From an uncultured virus (IMG/VR IMGVR_UViG_3300017774_008765) (Duplodnaviria; Heunggongvirae; Uroviricota; Caudoviricetes), in the IMG/VR virus record IMGVR_UViG_3300017774_008765: DNA of 64,000 bases. One strand, written 5' to 3'. This document shows, in pieces, positions 47,749 to 56,988 of the stretch; within the stretch, counting starts at the first letter, position 1; each line of letters begins with the position of its first letter. The position numbers and the translations under genes are program-made. The notes below the pieces were generated by a model, which was given only the letters and a program-made list of their open reading frames with translations, was not told the origin of the DNA and made no database searches.

Positions 47749-48655
47749 CGTCGCCGGACAGGTGGTTGTACAGGAACGTCAGCGCGTTGACGATCGCCGT
47801 GGTCTTCGCCGTGAGGTCGATCATGTCGCCGCGGAGCTTCTTGATCTCCCCCGCGGACGCATCGGCGATCGAGCCGATCATGTCGATGCGCTTGCGGAGG
47901 TCCGCCATCTCGGTCAGCATGGGCAGGAGGTCCACCACCGCCGTCGTCTGGGTGGGCACCCCGGGCGCCGCGCCCATCTCCGCGTGCAGCGTCTCAACCG
48001 GCGCCGCGACGCCGACCATCGGGCGACGCACCGGCAGGCGCGGCTTGCGGGGACCCCCCTCCGCGGGCGCCGCCTCGATCGGTGCCGCCTCGGGTGGCGC
48101 CTCTACCGGCGCGGGGATCTCCTCCGGCGCCACCTGGGGCTCGGCCGCCCGCGGGACCTTGGGCGGACGACCAGGGCCGCGCTTCACCGGCACGGCGCCG
48201 GGCGCCGGGGCCGCCACCGCGGAGGCCACCGGGATCGCCTGGGTCACCGGCGCGGCGGAGGACGTACCCCCGCCCTTCTTGACCTCGGCGAGGAGGTCCG
48301 AGATCTGCTGGATCGACAGCGACTCAATCTGCGGGAAGTCCGAACGCAGGATGTCGACCAGGTCCTTGTAGTTCTTGCGGAAGGACTCAATGCCGACGGG
48401 CAGCTTGCCGAGGGCCTTCGCCAGTTCGCGCAGGGGGCCGCGGAATTCGTACTTCTCTTCGTTGCTCATGGTGGTCTCCTTGACCGGATGGTGGGTGAGC
48501 AGGGCGTGTACGCCAAAATCGTCCAGGGCCCGCAAGCGGGCCGTCATCGTTCCCGGATCCACCGCGTCGTAGAGCGCGCAGATCGGGCCATCAACCACCA
48601 TGGGCTCAGTGACGCTCGTGCATCCCCGCAGCCGATGGCACTCCAGGCAAATCAC
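47708..48655 (-). CDS. Pro/Ala-rich hypothetical protein with an AT-hook-like KRGPGRPPK. Two possible in-frame starts (48655 GTG, 48469 ATG)
   Basis: GTGA coupling at 48655, strong AAGGAG RBS at 48469, C-terminal coiled coil. Confidence 0.65.
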   Translation of the reverse strand: MICLECHRLRGCTSVTEPMVVDGPICALYDAVDPGTMTARLRALDDFGVHALLTHHPVKETTMSNEEKYEFRGPLRELAKALGKLPVGIESFRKNYKDLVDILRSDFPQIESLSIQQISDLLAEVKKGGGTSSAAPVTQAIPVASAVAAPAPGAVPVKRGPGRPPKVPRAAEPQVAPEEIPAPVEAPPEAAPIEAAPAEGGPRKPRLPVRRPMVGVAAPVETLHAEMGAAPGVPTQTTAVVDLLPMLTEMADLRKRIDMIGSIADASAGEIKKLRGDMIDLTAKTTAIVNALTFLYNHLSGDDADSIENVDWGQG

Positions 48656-48954
48656 AGCATGTCGCCGGACATGCCTCGCCAGCAGCGCTGGACGATGATG
48701 TCCGGGCACCCGTGGGTCACGCACTTCCCCGTTCCGCACGGCAGCTGCGTCCGCAGCTGCCGCCAGTTCGCCTGGATGTGCTTCTCCATCATCTTCCGCT
48801 TCGTTTCCAGCGTGCAGCGCGCGGGAGCGGGAGTCTTCCCCTCCAACACCGCGTACACGTCCGCGCGGTCGACGGAACGGCCGAGGTTTCCCGCGCCTGC
48901 GGCACGCGCCATCTCGACCAGCTCCGTGCGGTTCACGTCGTCCAAGGGGTGCAT
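48652..48954 (-). CDS. hypothetical Cys-containing protein (100 aa)
   Basis: AGGAG RBS, C...CGTGKC...GC...C. Confidence 0.7.
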   Translation of the reverse strand: MHPLDDVNRTELVEMARAAGAGNLGRSVDRADVYAVLEGKTPAPARCTLETKRKMMEKHIQANWRQLRTQLPCGTGKCVTHGCPDIIVQRCWRGMSGDML

Positions 48955-48961
48955 GGTTCTC

Positions 48962-49252
48962 CTACCGGCTCGAGTTCGGACAGCTCGTGCAGTGGAAGAA
49001 AGGTCGAATAAGTCGACATATTTCTCCCGTCACGCTCTCATATCCTTGTTCTCGCCGAATTTTGGCATCTATTTGGGCAGTCGGTCCCTGGAGCGTCTGC
49101 CCGACGGGGCAGCGAACCGCGAGGGTTCCGATGTTCTTCAGCAGCTTCAGCCGGTGCGGGAACCGGGGACACTCCCCACACACGTAGGTGTAGGGGAGCT
49201 CCAGGCACAGCACGCGGGACGTGAACTGCTCCTTTTCAGGGCAGTACACCAT
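48962..49252 (-). CDS. Cys-rich hypothetical protein (96 aa)
   Basis: Several CP/CxxC motifs. Fills the gap. Confidence 0.55.
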   Translation of the reverse strand: MVYCPEKEQFTSRVLCLELPYTYVCGECPRFPHRLKLLKNIGTLAVRCPVGQTLQGPTAQIDAKIRREQGYESVTGEICRLIRPFFHCTSCPNSSR

Positions 49253-49760
49253 CTCGTCGGAGATAGGCCGACGGGATTCCGTAGTCAGCAGGACTAACCT
49301 CCTGGAGGATGATTTCGACGCGTGGGCGGTCGGGGTCCATGGATTTCACGAGCGTGAGTTCCATGGACAACGAGTCGTCGATCCCGAGCGTGGACGCGAG
49401 GCAGTCTTCAATGAGCTTCCTCCGATTTCCCGCGTCCATACGCTTATACGGCGCTTTAGCCTTTCTTTTCCCGGATCGGTCGGTCTCGATCCACCCCTGG
49501 TTGACCAGCGTGTCGAAGTAGAACACCATCACCAGCCGGTAGCCAGCCGCCGGATGGTGCCCCTGGACGAACCGCTGGATGGGCACGAAGTAGTTCGCTT
49601 GCGCGTACGCACGGAACTGGGCGCGGAACGCCTCGGCTTCCTTCGAGTAGACCTCCCCGCCCTGCCGCCGGTGCACCCGGATGTGGTTGTCACTCGGCGG
49701 CAGGAACGGGACGGTCATCGCGAGCAGCCGCTCACCGGGCAAAGGGATTTCTCCCCGCAC
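49236..49760 (-). CDS. rusA: RusA-like Holliday junction resolvase
   Basis: PPSDNH, MDAGNRRKLIEDCL...GIDDS and PRVEI match the RusA DxxN-K-D and DD motifs. Confidence 0.8.
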   Translation of the reverse strand: MRGEIPLPGERLLAMTVPFLPPSDNHIRVHRRQGGEVYSKEAEAFRAQFRAYAQANYFVPIQRFVQGHHPAAGYRLVMVFYFDTLVNQGWIETDRSGKRKAKAPYKRMDAGNRRKLIEDCLASTLGIDDSLSMELTLVKSMDPDRPRVEIILQEVSPADYGIPSAYLRRDGVLP

Positions 49761-50328
49761 CGAGGTTGTTCATGCGGCGCCCGCCCTCGAACTCCATCTT
49801 CTTCGTCTCGAGGTGCCGCGACAGGATGCGCAGGTCGCGGCTGGCCGCTTCCAGCATCCCGTTGAGGATCTCGTAGAACTCCGAGGCCTCGAGCCATTGC
49901 GCGTTCGCTTCGATGTAGCGGCTGTCGCAGAGGGTGGCGTCGTCCTTGTCGTCGTTGTTGCCCGTCTTGGCGCGGCGGACCTTCGCCTTCACCAGCTTCA
50001 GCCGCTCCTCGGAATTGGTGCGCTCGGCCTTCGCCAGGGTCACCTTCGTACCCAGGAAGTCCGCGTAGCCGGTGAGCATCTCGAAGAGCTCCCCGATCTG
50101 CCGACTGTCCAGCCCGGCCCAGTTCGCCGGCAGGCGCCCGTCGAAGTACTGCCCGCTCGACCACCGCGGACGGGTGTCGGGCGGGGTCAGCTGCTCCTGG
50201 TCGAAGATCCGCCCGAGCGCGTTCTGCGACGCCTGGTGGTAGCGGTTCACCGCGTCGTCCAAGGGCATGTCGTAGTCCTTGCCCGTGGTCGTCTCCTCGA
50301 TGTCCAGCGGTGGAGAACGGCGTGCCAT
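49732..50328 (-). CDS. helical protein, possibly a UvsY-like recombination mediator
   Basis: Coiled-coil pattern ending in DSRY...LEA...ILSR. Near RecA and the nucleases. Confidence 0.5.
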   Translation of the reverse strand: MARRSPPLDIEETTTGKDYDMPLDDAVNRYHQASQNALGRIFDQEQLTPPDTRPRWSSGQYFDGRLPANWAGLDSRQIGELFEMLTGYADFLGTKVTLAKAERTNSEERLKLVKAKVRRAKTGNNDDKDDATLCDSRYIEANAQWLEASEFYEILNGMLEAASRDLRILSRHLETKKMEFEGGRRMNNLGAGRNPFAR

Positions 50329-50329
50329 C

Positions 50330-51163
50330 TCAGCTCCGGTTGAAGGGGTTGCGGCCCCCTTCAAGCCGCTGCCCGCAGAACGACTTGTACCCACACTGGG
50401 CGCACTCGTACTTCGTGGCGTCGGCGACCGGCTCCTGTCCCGTCTCCAGTGCGCGCTCTACCGGGTGGACCTTCTCGCGCAACCAGTTCTGGTAGACCCG
50501 GTCGTCGTAGGGGAGCGTGTACTCCTTCATCGCGCCCGAGCCCTTGTGGACGTACAGGAACGCCATGAACGGGAGGTCCAGCGCCTTGCAGTAGATCGTC
50601 GCCTGCAAGATGTGTTCTTCCTTCGGCTTGTTGAGCTCCTTGAACTGGTCGCCGATGGTCTTGATCTCCACCAGGTAGTGAACCAGGTCGCCGGTCACCA
50701 CCCCGTCCGCCGAGCTTCCGTCGACCAGCGCCTCCACCAAGGTCACGCGCACCTCGTCCTGGAACCGACCCGGGAGCGCCTTGTGGAGCGCGCGCTGGAT
50801 CATGGCGTGGAGCGTGTGCCCGATCTGGAAGATGAACTGGAGCTCGGCCGAGATCACCTCTTCCGGGGAGAACGTGGCGACAACGTCGTGGTACAGCTTG
50901 AGCCGGCAACGGTGCGCGGAGGAGGCGTGGATCGATCCGACACCGCGCGGGCGGTGGGTGATCGAGCCCTCTCCGTCGCACGAGTGGCACCGCACCGGCT
51001 TGAGATTTTCCATCTCCATCTCGTACTCGGCCAGGGTCAACCCCCGCCGCTTCCCGTCCTGCGTCATCTGCCGGTACACCGTCCCGCGCAGGTCGATGGA
51101 CGCCAGCGCCCGCTGCACGTCCCCCGGGGGAGCGATCTGCAAGTCAGCGATCGTGTGAATCAT
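50330..51163 (-). CDS. Cas4-like PD-(D/E)XK exonuclease with Fe-S cysteines
   Basis: HASSAHRC, GHTLH, ADG, VEIKT, QATIY and CAQCGYKSFC. Confidence 0.8.
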   Translation of the reverse strand: MIHTIADLQIAPPGDVQRALASIDLRGTVYRQMTQDGKRRGLTLAEYEMEMENLKPVRCHSCDGEGSITHRPRGVGSIHASSAHRCRLKLYHDVVATFSPEEVISAELQFIFQIGHTLHAMIQRALHKALPGRFQDEVRVTLVEALVDGSSADGVVTGDLVHYLVEIKTIGDQFKELNKPKEEHILQATIYCKALDLPFMAFLYVHKGSGAMKEYTLPYDDRVYQNWLREKVHPVERALETGQEPVADATKYECAQCGYKSFCGQRLEGGRNPFNRS

Positions 51164-51639
51164 TCTTTGTTCTGGCTCCGGTAGGCGTTCAGGAGTTCGA
51201 GGAACCAGGGCTCCGACAGCACCATGTACTGCTGCTTCCGCTGGGAGAGGTCCTCGGGTCGGTACTCGATCGTGAAGACGGGGATCTCCCCGTCCCGGCA
51301 GTGCGCTTCGATCTCCTTGAGCTCGGAGAGCTTGAGCGCGTAGGACTTCTTCTCGGTGGACTTGCACTCCATGCGCAGGTCCGCCGCCTTCACGTCGCCC
51401 TTGTCGACCGGCGTGGAGCCGGAGGCGATCGTCCGCCGGCCCCCCACGCGGCGGGCGTTCATCTTCTCCTGCGCGTCGGAGATCGTGCGCGTGGGGCGCC
51501 GGGTGGGCGGCACGTACTCGCGCTTGACGAGTTCGTGGATCCGCAGCACCCGGTTGCAGGGCCGGCAGAGCCAGCTTCCCGACCCCCACGCGACGAGGGC
51601 AAACCCGTCACAGACGGGGCAGGCCTTACGCTGCGCCAT
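51160..51639 (-). CDS. zinc ribbon plus Hjc-like PD-(D/E)XK nuclease (resolvase-type)
   Basis: CPVC...CRPC followed by QE...SGS...KGDV...MECK. Confidence 0.7.
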   Translation of the reverse strand: MAQRKACPVCDGFALVAWGSGSWLCRPCNRVLRIHELVKREYVPPTRRPTRTISDAQEKMNARRVGGRRTIASGSTPVDKGDVKAADLRMECKSTEKKSYALKLSELKEIEAHCRDGEIPVFTIEYRPEDLSQRKQQYMVLSEPWFLELLNAYRSQNKE

Positions 51640-52840
51640 CGTCGTCCGTGTAGGTGCAACGGATGCCCGCCTGCACGCGGCACTGGAACTCGATCTCCTG
51701 GAGGATGTCGGGGCCCAGCGCGCGCAGCCGCTCGGTGAACTCGTCCAGCCCGCGCACGGTGATGCCCTCGTAGGTGTACATCGCCGCGTTCTTCTCGATC
51801 ACGTCCCGTTCCACCGCGGTGCGGATCGACTCGCGCCAGCGGTCGATGCCGCAGAGCGCGTAGAGGAAATCGTAGTTGCCCTTCGACCCCTCGTGCCCGC
51901 CGGCCTTCTGCTTGATGATCTCCCACTCGACCGTCTTGCCGACGCGGATCTGGCCCTCGCCGACCTTCTTGTTCACGTACCCGAGGCGCCGGAGCTGGAC
52001 GGTGACCCAGCGCGCGTGCTTGAGCGCGTGACCCCCCGGCTCGATGGTGTCCGGCGAGAAGGGCGTCGCCTTCTTCATGTTGTCACGAACCTGGTTGATG
52101 CCGATGATGGCGGTCAGGTTCGGCATCCCGTGCTTGTCCGGGGCCGTCGCCGCGTTGATGCGCTTGGCGAACTGGCTGTTCACCAGCGAGGCGCCGCCCG
52201 GACGGACGGCGTCCTCCAGCGTGTTGTTGTCCTCCAACTCGGTCAGCATCGAGCCGAACGAGTCGATGGCCACCACGTTGAACTGGCGCGACGCGACCAT
52301 CTCGGTTGCGATGGAAAGCGCGCGCTCTGCGGTGTCCGGGGGACACACGAGGAACTCGCCCACCTGCTCGGTGTACGTCGCGCGCTCTTCGGCAGAGAAA
52401 CGGAACACCGGGTTGCGCAGCGCGTCTCCCTCCGCACGTTCGAGCGCGCGCACTTCTCCCGCGGACAGAGCGACCCGCACCCCGCAGGCGCGGGCGAACA
52501 GCTTGTCGTAGGGCATCTCGAGCGACACGATGCCGATCCGGCACCGCTCGCCGAACAGCTTCTGCTGGTTGGCGATGACCTGGTTGACCATCCAGTTCTT
52601 GCCCATGCCCTCGGGGGCGACCAGCATGGTCATCCCCCCGGCAGGAAGCCCGCCGTTGAGCGCCATGTCCAGTCCGAGGATCCCGGTCGGGAGACGGCGC
52701 ACCGCCCAAGGCATCGTGTACTCGTCGCCGCGGAACACACGTCCCGGGTACTTCGCCTTGAGCGTCTGCATCAGGGAATCAAACCCCACGTTGTCGGGAC
52801 CTTTCTCGACGGCCTCGACGGGCTTCTTGCGTGGCGGCAC
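51626..52840 (-). CDS. recA: RecA/UvsX-like recombinase
   Basis: PTGILGLDMALNGGLPAG, APEGMGKN, VVAIDS, IGINQVR and PGGHALKH. Confidence 0.9.
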   Translation of the reverse strand: MPPRKKPVEAVEKGPDNVGFDSLMQTLKAKYPGRVFRGDEYTMPWAVRRLPTGILGLDMALNGGLPAGGMTMLVAPEGMGKNWMVNQVIANQQKLFGERCRIGIVSLEMPYDKLFARACGVRVALSAGEVRALERAEGDALRNPVFRFSAEERATYTEQVGEFLVCPPDTAERALSIATEMVASRQFNVVAIDSFGSMLTELEDNNTLEDAVRPGGASLVNSQFAKRINAATAPDKHGMPNLTAIIGINQVRDNMKKATPFSPDTIEPGGHALKHARWVTVQLRRLGYVNKKVGEGQIRVGKTVEWEIIKQKAGGHEGSKGNYDFLYALCGIDRWRESIRTAVERDVIEKNAAMYTYEGITVRGLDEFTERLRALGPDILQEIEFQCRVQAGIRCTYTDDDGAA

Positions 52841-52843
52841 TCT

Positions 52844-53023
52844 TTACCTCCGAAAATCTTCAGGTTTGCGATGGGGTTCCCACGGCGCGGTACCGCACCG
52901 GGGACAGATGGGCGTCTGGGTGCGGTACTCCACGTCACGGGAGCCGCAGGACGGACAGGGCCGTCCCTTCAGGTCAGCGATCTTCTGGTGCTCGGTGTCG
53001 ATCACCACTCCGAACTTCTCCAT
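52844..53023 (-). CDS. small zinc-ribbon protein with K-x-A leader (59 aa)
   Basis: Read by hand: MEKFGVVIDTEHQKIADLKGRPCPSCG...CPRCGTAPWE. GAGGAG RBS. Confidence 0.65.
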   Translation of the reverse strand: MEKFGVVIDTEHQKIADLKGRPCPSCGSRDVEYRTQTPICPRCGTAPWEPHRKPEDFRR

Positions 53024-53318
53024 CGGGCTTCTCCTCGGGTAAATCCTGTCCCCATTGGCGGAGCAGGAAGCGGAATCCGTCGGTAGGACGGACCCGCAAC
53101 AAGATACGCCGGACGCGCCGGCGCGGCTTCCCGGGAGCCCCGACTTCCATTTCCCGTTCCTCGGGAACCAGCTTGAGCAGCGTGCGGAAGGCGACCACCT
53201 CTTGCGCGATGAGCGCCTCCCGCATCACCTCGATCAGCCCGCCCAACACGCGGCGCACCGTCGGCTCCGGGTGGCCGCTGCGGCGCACCACGCGCTGAAT
53301 AAGTTGCTCGTACGTCAT
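52974..53318 (-). CDS. HU/IHF-like DNA-binding protein
   Basis: MTYEQLIQRVVRRSG...VRRVLGGLIEVMREAL...VAFRTLLKL...RVRP follows the HU helix-helix-beta-arm layout. Confidence 0.7.
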   Translation of the reverse strand: MTYEQLIQRVVRRSGHPEPTVRRVLGGLIEVMREALIAQEVVAFRTLLKLVPEEREMEVGAPGKPRRRVRRILLRVRPTDGFRFLLRQWGQDLPEEKPDGEVRSGDRHRAPEDR

Positions 53319-53320
53319 TT

Positions 53321-55735
53321 CTATTTTGCATCTCCCCACGTCTTCGCGGCGTGCAGCGAGACGGTGAGCGGGACGGAGAGGTCCGCGTCGAACGGATGCT
53401 CCATCAGGTACTTGATCCGCGCCTTGGCCGGCTCGACGTACTCGGGGAGGTCCGGCACCTCGAAGACCAGCTCGTCGTGGATCTGCAACAGCATTCGTGC
53501 CCCGAGGCGACGCAGCTCCGGATCGGCTTCACACTTCAGCATCGCCGACTGCGCGATGTCCGCCGCTGACCCCTGGATGCGGGAGTTGAACGACTGGCGC
53601 TCGGCCTGTGAGGAGATGCCGCGCTCTTCCGACAGGATGTCGGGGAGCCGCCGGTACCGCCCCGTGACCGTCTGCACGTAGAGCTTCTCCGTGCATTCGT
53701 CATGGGTCCGGTCGATCGCGTCCTTCAGTCCCGGGTAGACCTGGAAGACGCCGTCGATGATCGCCTGCGCCTCCGGACAGGTCGGGCGGACGTGCCCGTT
53801 CCGCATCTTCACGGGCACAATCGGCTTCTTCAGCTGCATGCCGAGCTTCACCGCTCCGATGCCGTAGAAGATGCCGAACAGCGCGCCCTTGTTCCCCGCA
53901 CGGATCTCGACCAGCTCCTCTTGTTCCGGCGTGGGGAACTCTGCCTTCTTCGCCGCGATGAAGTCTGCGTAGGGAATTCCCGTCAGCTCGGACGAGGTCA
54001 TCGAGTGGACATCCTTGCCCGCGTGCAGCACGCTCACGAGCGTCGGGTCCTGGCTCACGTGCGCCGCGACCTTGACCTCCAGCTGGTCGTAGTCCGCGAC
54101 GATCAGCGTCATCGGCGTGTCCGGCGGGAGGTGGGGCACGGGGATGTGCCGCACGCTCTCGACGCACCAGGACGGATCGCAGTCCTCCCACAGCCCCGCG
54201 ATGAACAGGGTGCGGATGATGGGCCCCCAGTCCCCGTGGGCGGGAATGTTCTGGAGGTTCGGATCTCCGGAAGAGAGCCGTCCGGTGCGCGTTCCGTGCG
54301 CCTTCAGGTCGGTGTGGATCCGCTCGCGGCGGTCGCACCAGGTCGGCAGGCCCGAGAAGTAGGTGCCCTCGAGCTTCGTCAGCTCGCGGTGCTCCAGCAG
54401 CTTCGCCGCGAGAGGATGCCCCTTCGCGGACCAGCCCTCGAGGATCTCCGCGTCGAGCGACGGGAGCTTCTCGCCCGTCTCGCCGCCGTCGGTGAACTTC
54501 TTCGGCGGCTCCCCGTACGGGTCGTGCCAGTGTCCGGCGTTGTCCTGCTTGTAGAACAGCGCGCGCAGCTGGATGGGGCTGTTGAAGTTGATCTCGAGGT
54601 TCTTGGTGATCGCCACCATGTCCCGCTCGATCCGCGCGATGTCCTTCTTCATCTGCTCGGAGTAGGCGTTGATCCGCGCCAGGTTCACGCGGAACCCGCG
54701 CCGCTCCATGTTCCAGAGCACTTGCAGGAACGGCGAGCCGAGCTCGCTGTAGCGCTGGTGGATCGTGTGCCCGTCGCCCTCGTCGATCGCCATCAGCTCC
54801 TCGGCCAGTCGGTCGGTGAGCTGGAAGGTCGCCCACGCGTCGAGCGACGCGTAGTCGGCGACCATCAGTTGCAGCAGTTCCAGCGGGTCCGCGTCCACCC
54901 GCACCTGCGCACGCAGGTGGGCGAACAGGACCGCACGCGCCTCCGCGGTCAGCCCCTCCCGCCGTTCAGCGAGCACCATCTCCGCCTCTCGGCGGTTGTC
55001 CTTAGTGATCTCCTCCCCGAGCAGGGCGAAGAGTTCGGTCACGGTGGCGTACTTGCCGGAGCCCTTCGGCACCAGCCCGTGCAGCCGCGCGAACGCGAGG
55101 ATCTTCTTCAGCTCCATCTCCGCGTCGGTGGCCGACAGCTTCTGGAGCGTCTCGAGCACCTTGACGTCGCCGTCGGCACGCTGCAACCCGAGCAGCACCA
55201 TCTCTGCGGCCTTGGCGTCGCCCGACTCGAGGATGTCGTGGAAGCGGGCAACCGCGTCTACCTCGGCCTTCTTGGGGCCCTTCATCTTGCCGAACACCGA
55301 CCCAAACGTGGCCATGCGCAGGCCGAGGAACTCGCCGGCGCACTCCTTGAGGCCGTGCCGCCCGATGCGGTTCTCGTCGAAGTGCCACGACATGTAGACC
55401 GTGTCTTGAAGCGGCCCGCGCATGTAGATGCCGTGGTTGGCCGCCATGTGCATGTCGAACTTCGCGTTGGAGAACCGCTTTTCGATGCTCGGCTCCTCCA
55501 ACAGGGGCTGGAAGTGAGAGAGAAGCCGCACGGGAGCCGCCATGCGCGTCTGCCCGTCCGAGAGCGAGAAGAAGCGGATGCGCGCATCCGTCTTGCTCAG
55601 CCCGGTGGTTTCCGTGTCGAACGCCAGCGACGGCGCGTACGAGAAGCGCTCGAGCCACGCCTCGGCCCCCCGCACCGTCGACACGTAGTTCGGGTCGGGT
55701 GTACGGACGAACCTGTATTCGGTCCCGTCGTCCAT
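53321..55735 (-). CDS. polA: family A DNA polymerase (3'-5' exonuclease plus polymerase, no 5'-3' exonuclease)
   Basis: ExoI FDTETTG, ExoII NAKFD, ExoIII YASLDA. Also TGRLSSGDPNLQNIP, motif A DYDQLE, motif B RxxxKxxxFGxxYG and motif C HDEL. Confidence 0.95.
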   Translation of the reverse strand: MDDGTEYRFVRTPDPNYVSTVRGAEAWLERFSYAPSLAFDTETTGLSKTDARIRFFSLSDGQTRMAAPVRLLSHFQPLLEEPSIEKRFSNAKFDMHMAANHGIYMRGPLQDTVYMSWHFDENRIGRHGLKECAGEFLGLRMATFGSVFGKMKGPKKAEVDAVARFHDILESGDAKAAEMVLLGLQRADGDVKVLETLQKLSATDAEMELKKILAFARLHGLVPKGSGKYATVTELFALLGEEITKDNRREAEMVLAERREGLTAEARAVLFAHLRAQVRVDADPLELLQLMVADYASLDAWATFQLTDRLAEELMAIDEGDGHTIHQRYSELGSPFLQVLWNMERRGFRVNLARINAYSEQMKKDIARIERDMVAITKNLEINFNSPIQLRALFYKQDNAGHWHDPYGEPPKKFTDGGETGEKLPSLDAEILEGWSAKGHPLAAKLLEHRELTKLEGTYFSGLPTWCDRRERIHTDLKAHGTRTGRLSSGDPNLQNIPAHGDWGPIIRTLFIAGLWEDCDPSWCVESVRHIPVPHLPPDTPMTLIVADYDQLEVKVAAHVSQDPTLVSVLHAGKDVHSMTSSELTGIPYADFIAAKKAEFPTPEQEELVEIRAGNKGALFGIFYGIGAVKLGMQLKKPIVPVKMRNGHVRPTCPEAQAIIDGVFQVYPGLKDAIDRTHDECTEKLYVQTVTGRYRRLPDILSEERGISSQAERQSFNSRIQGSAADIAQSAMLKCEADPELRRLGARMLLQIHDELVFEVPDLPEYVEPAKARIKYLMEHPFDADLSVPLTVSLHAAKTWGDAK

Positions 55736-55824
55736 GGGAACTCCGTAAAAAGAGGGGGAAGAAATGCCGGTCTGTTCCCGGCTGTCATCCTGAATTGGCT
55801 CAGGAAATCCCCTTCTTTACGTCC

Positions 55825-56988
55825 TTAGCGACCGAAGCGCGCCCGGGCGTTCGCGCCGTTGTTCGCACCTCCGCCACCGCCGCCGCCGTACGGACGGCTG
55901 GCCGGCTCCCCCGTACCGTACGGGTCCTGGATGCCGAGCAGCGCCGAGACGTAGCTCGACTCCGGCGTGCCGAAGACCTGCTCGAAGTCGAACGGCGTCA
56001 TCATGTTCGCTACGCGGTCGGACCACACGGGGGCGATGCCCTCGTCGGTCACGTTCCAGTCCTTCACCAGCGCCTCGCCGTTCGGGAGCATGAACTCCGT
56101 CAGCGGGACGATCTTCTCGATGATCACGGTGCTGGCCGTCGCCTCGCCGTGCTTGCGCACGTACGCCACCACGTCGAACACGCTCATCGGGGACGGCTGG
56201 TCGCAGTTGTCGCAGATGGTGATGACCTTCGGGTGGGCGATGTGCCCGCAGTGGGAGCACCGCTGCCGGGACGTCGAGAACTCGTTCACCTGCTTGGCGG
56301 TGAGGTTCGAGTTTTCCACGTCGCAGAGGAGGTGGTCGCACTTGTTGCAGTGGAACGCGGTCGGGGCGAGGCCGCCGCCGCAGAAGCAGAGCTTCCCGGC
56401 CGCCTCGTCGATCGCCATCAGGTGGTCGAGGTGGTTCTTGCCCACGTCGAGGTACTTCCGGCGGAACATCGCCAGCGTGCCGTCCGCGACGCCGCGGTCG
56501 ATGTTCGCCTCGGCGTCGCGGCGGTCCTTGCGGCCGACGATCTCGTTCCACGTCATCACCGCGTCGCCGCGGCGGTGCTCCTTGCCGTCTTCCGAGTACA
56601 CGACGGGCTTGCCGTCCTTGTCCTTCGCCTGCTCCTTCTTGTAGAGGGACAGGTGCATCACGTTGAGCGCGAACTTCGTGCGCTTCGTCACGCGGGGGTC
56701 GCGACCGGACTGCGCGTAGCAGCCGACGCACTTCTCCCCGGCACACGGAACCTCGCGGTAGGACCCGGGGCCGGAGGCCGCGAGCTTGAGCGAGTGAACG
56801 TCGTGGGGGTAGTACGCGAGCACCTCGCCGGTGCCGCGGGGGTCTTCGTAGTCCGCCGAGAGGAGGAGGATGGGGGTCGCCTCGTCCTTGGGGATGTCCA
56901 GCCGGTCGCGGAAGCCGCCCTTCCAGCCCTTGCTCTGGTTGGGTTTACGCTCGCCGAGGACGCTGTTGCGGAATGATCCTGCGCGCAT
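55825..56988 (-). CDS. putative single-stranded DNA-binding protein (gp32-like) with Cys clusters
   Basis: Between PolA and primase. Has C...CVGC, KFALNV, extra CxC/CxxC pairs and a flexible Gly-rich tail. Confidence 0.55.
   Translation of the reverse strand: MRAGSFRNSVLGERKPNQSKGWKGGFRDRLDIPKDEATPILLLSADYEDPRGTGEVLAYYPHDVHSLKLAASGPGSYREVPCAGEKCVGCYAQSGRDPRVTKRTKFALNVMHLSLYKKEQAKDKDGKPVVYSEDGKEHRRGDAVMTWNEIVGRKDRRDAEANIDRGVADGTLAMFRRKYLDVGKNHLDHLMAIDEAAGKLCFCGGGLAPTAFHCNKCDHLLCDVENSNLTAKQVNEFSTSRQRCSHCGHIAHPKVITICDNCDQPSPMSVFDVVAYVRKHGEATASTVIIEKIVPLTEFMLPNGEALVKDWNVTDEGIAPVWSDRVANMMTPFDFEQVFGTPESSYVSALLGIQDPYGTGEPASRPYGGGGGGGANNGANARARFGR

Noticed and set aside
50330..51163. Cas4-like gene as evidence of a CRISPR-Cas locus
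   Set aside because: No repeat-spacer array or other cas genes are visible, and stand-alone Cas4-like nucleases are common in phage recombination modules.
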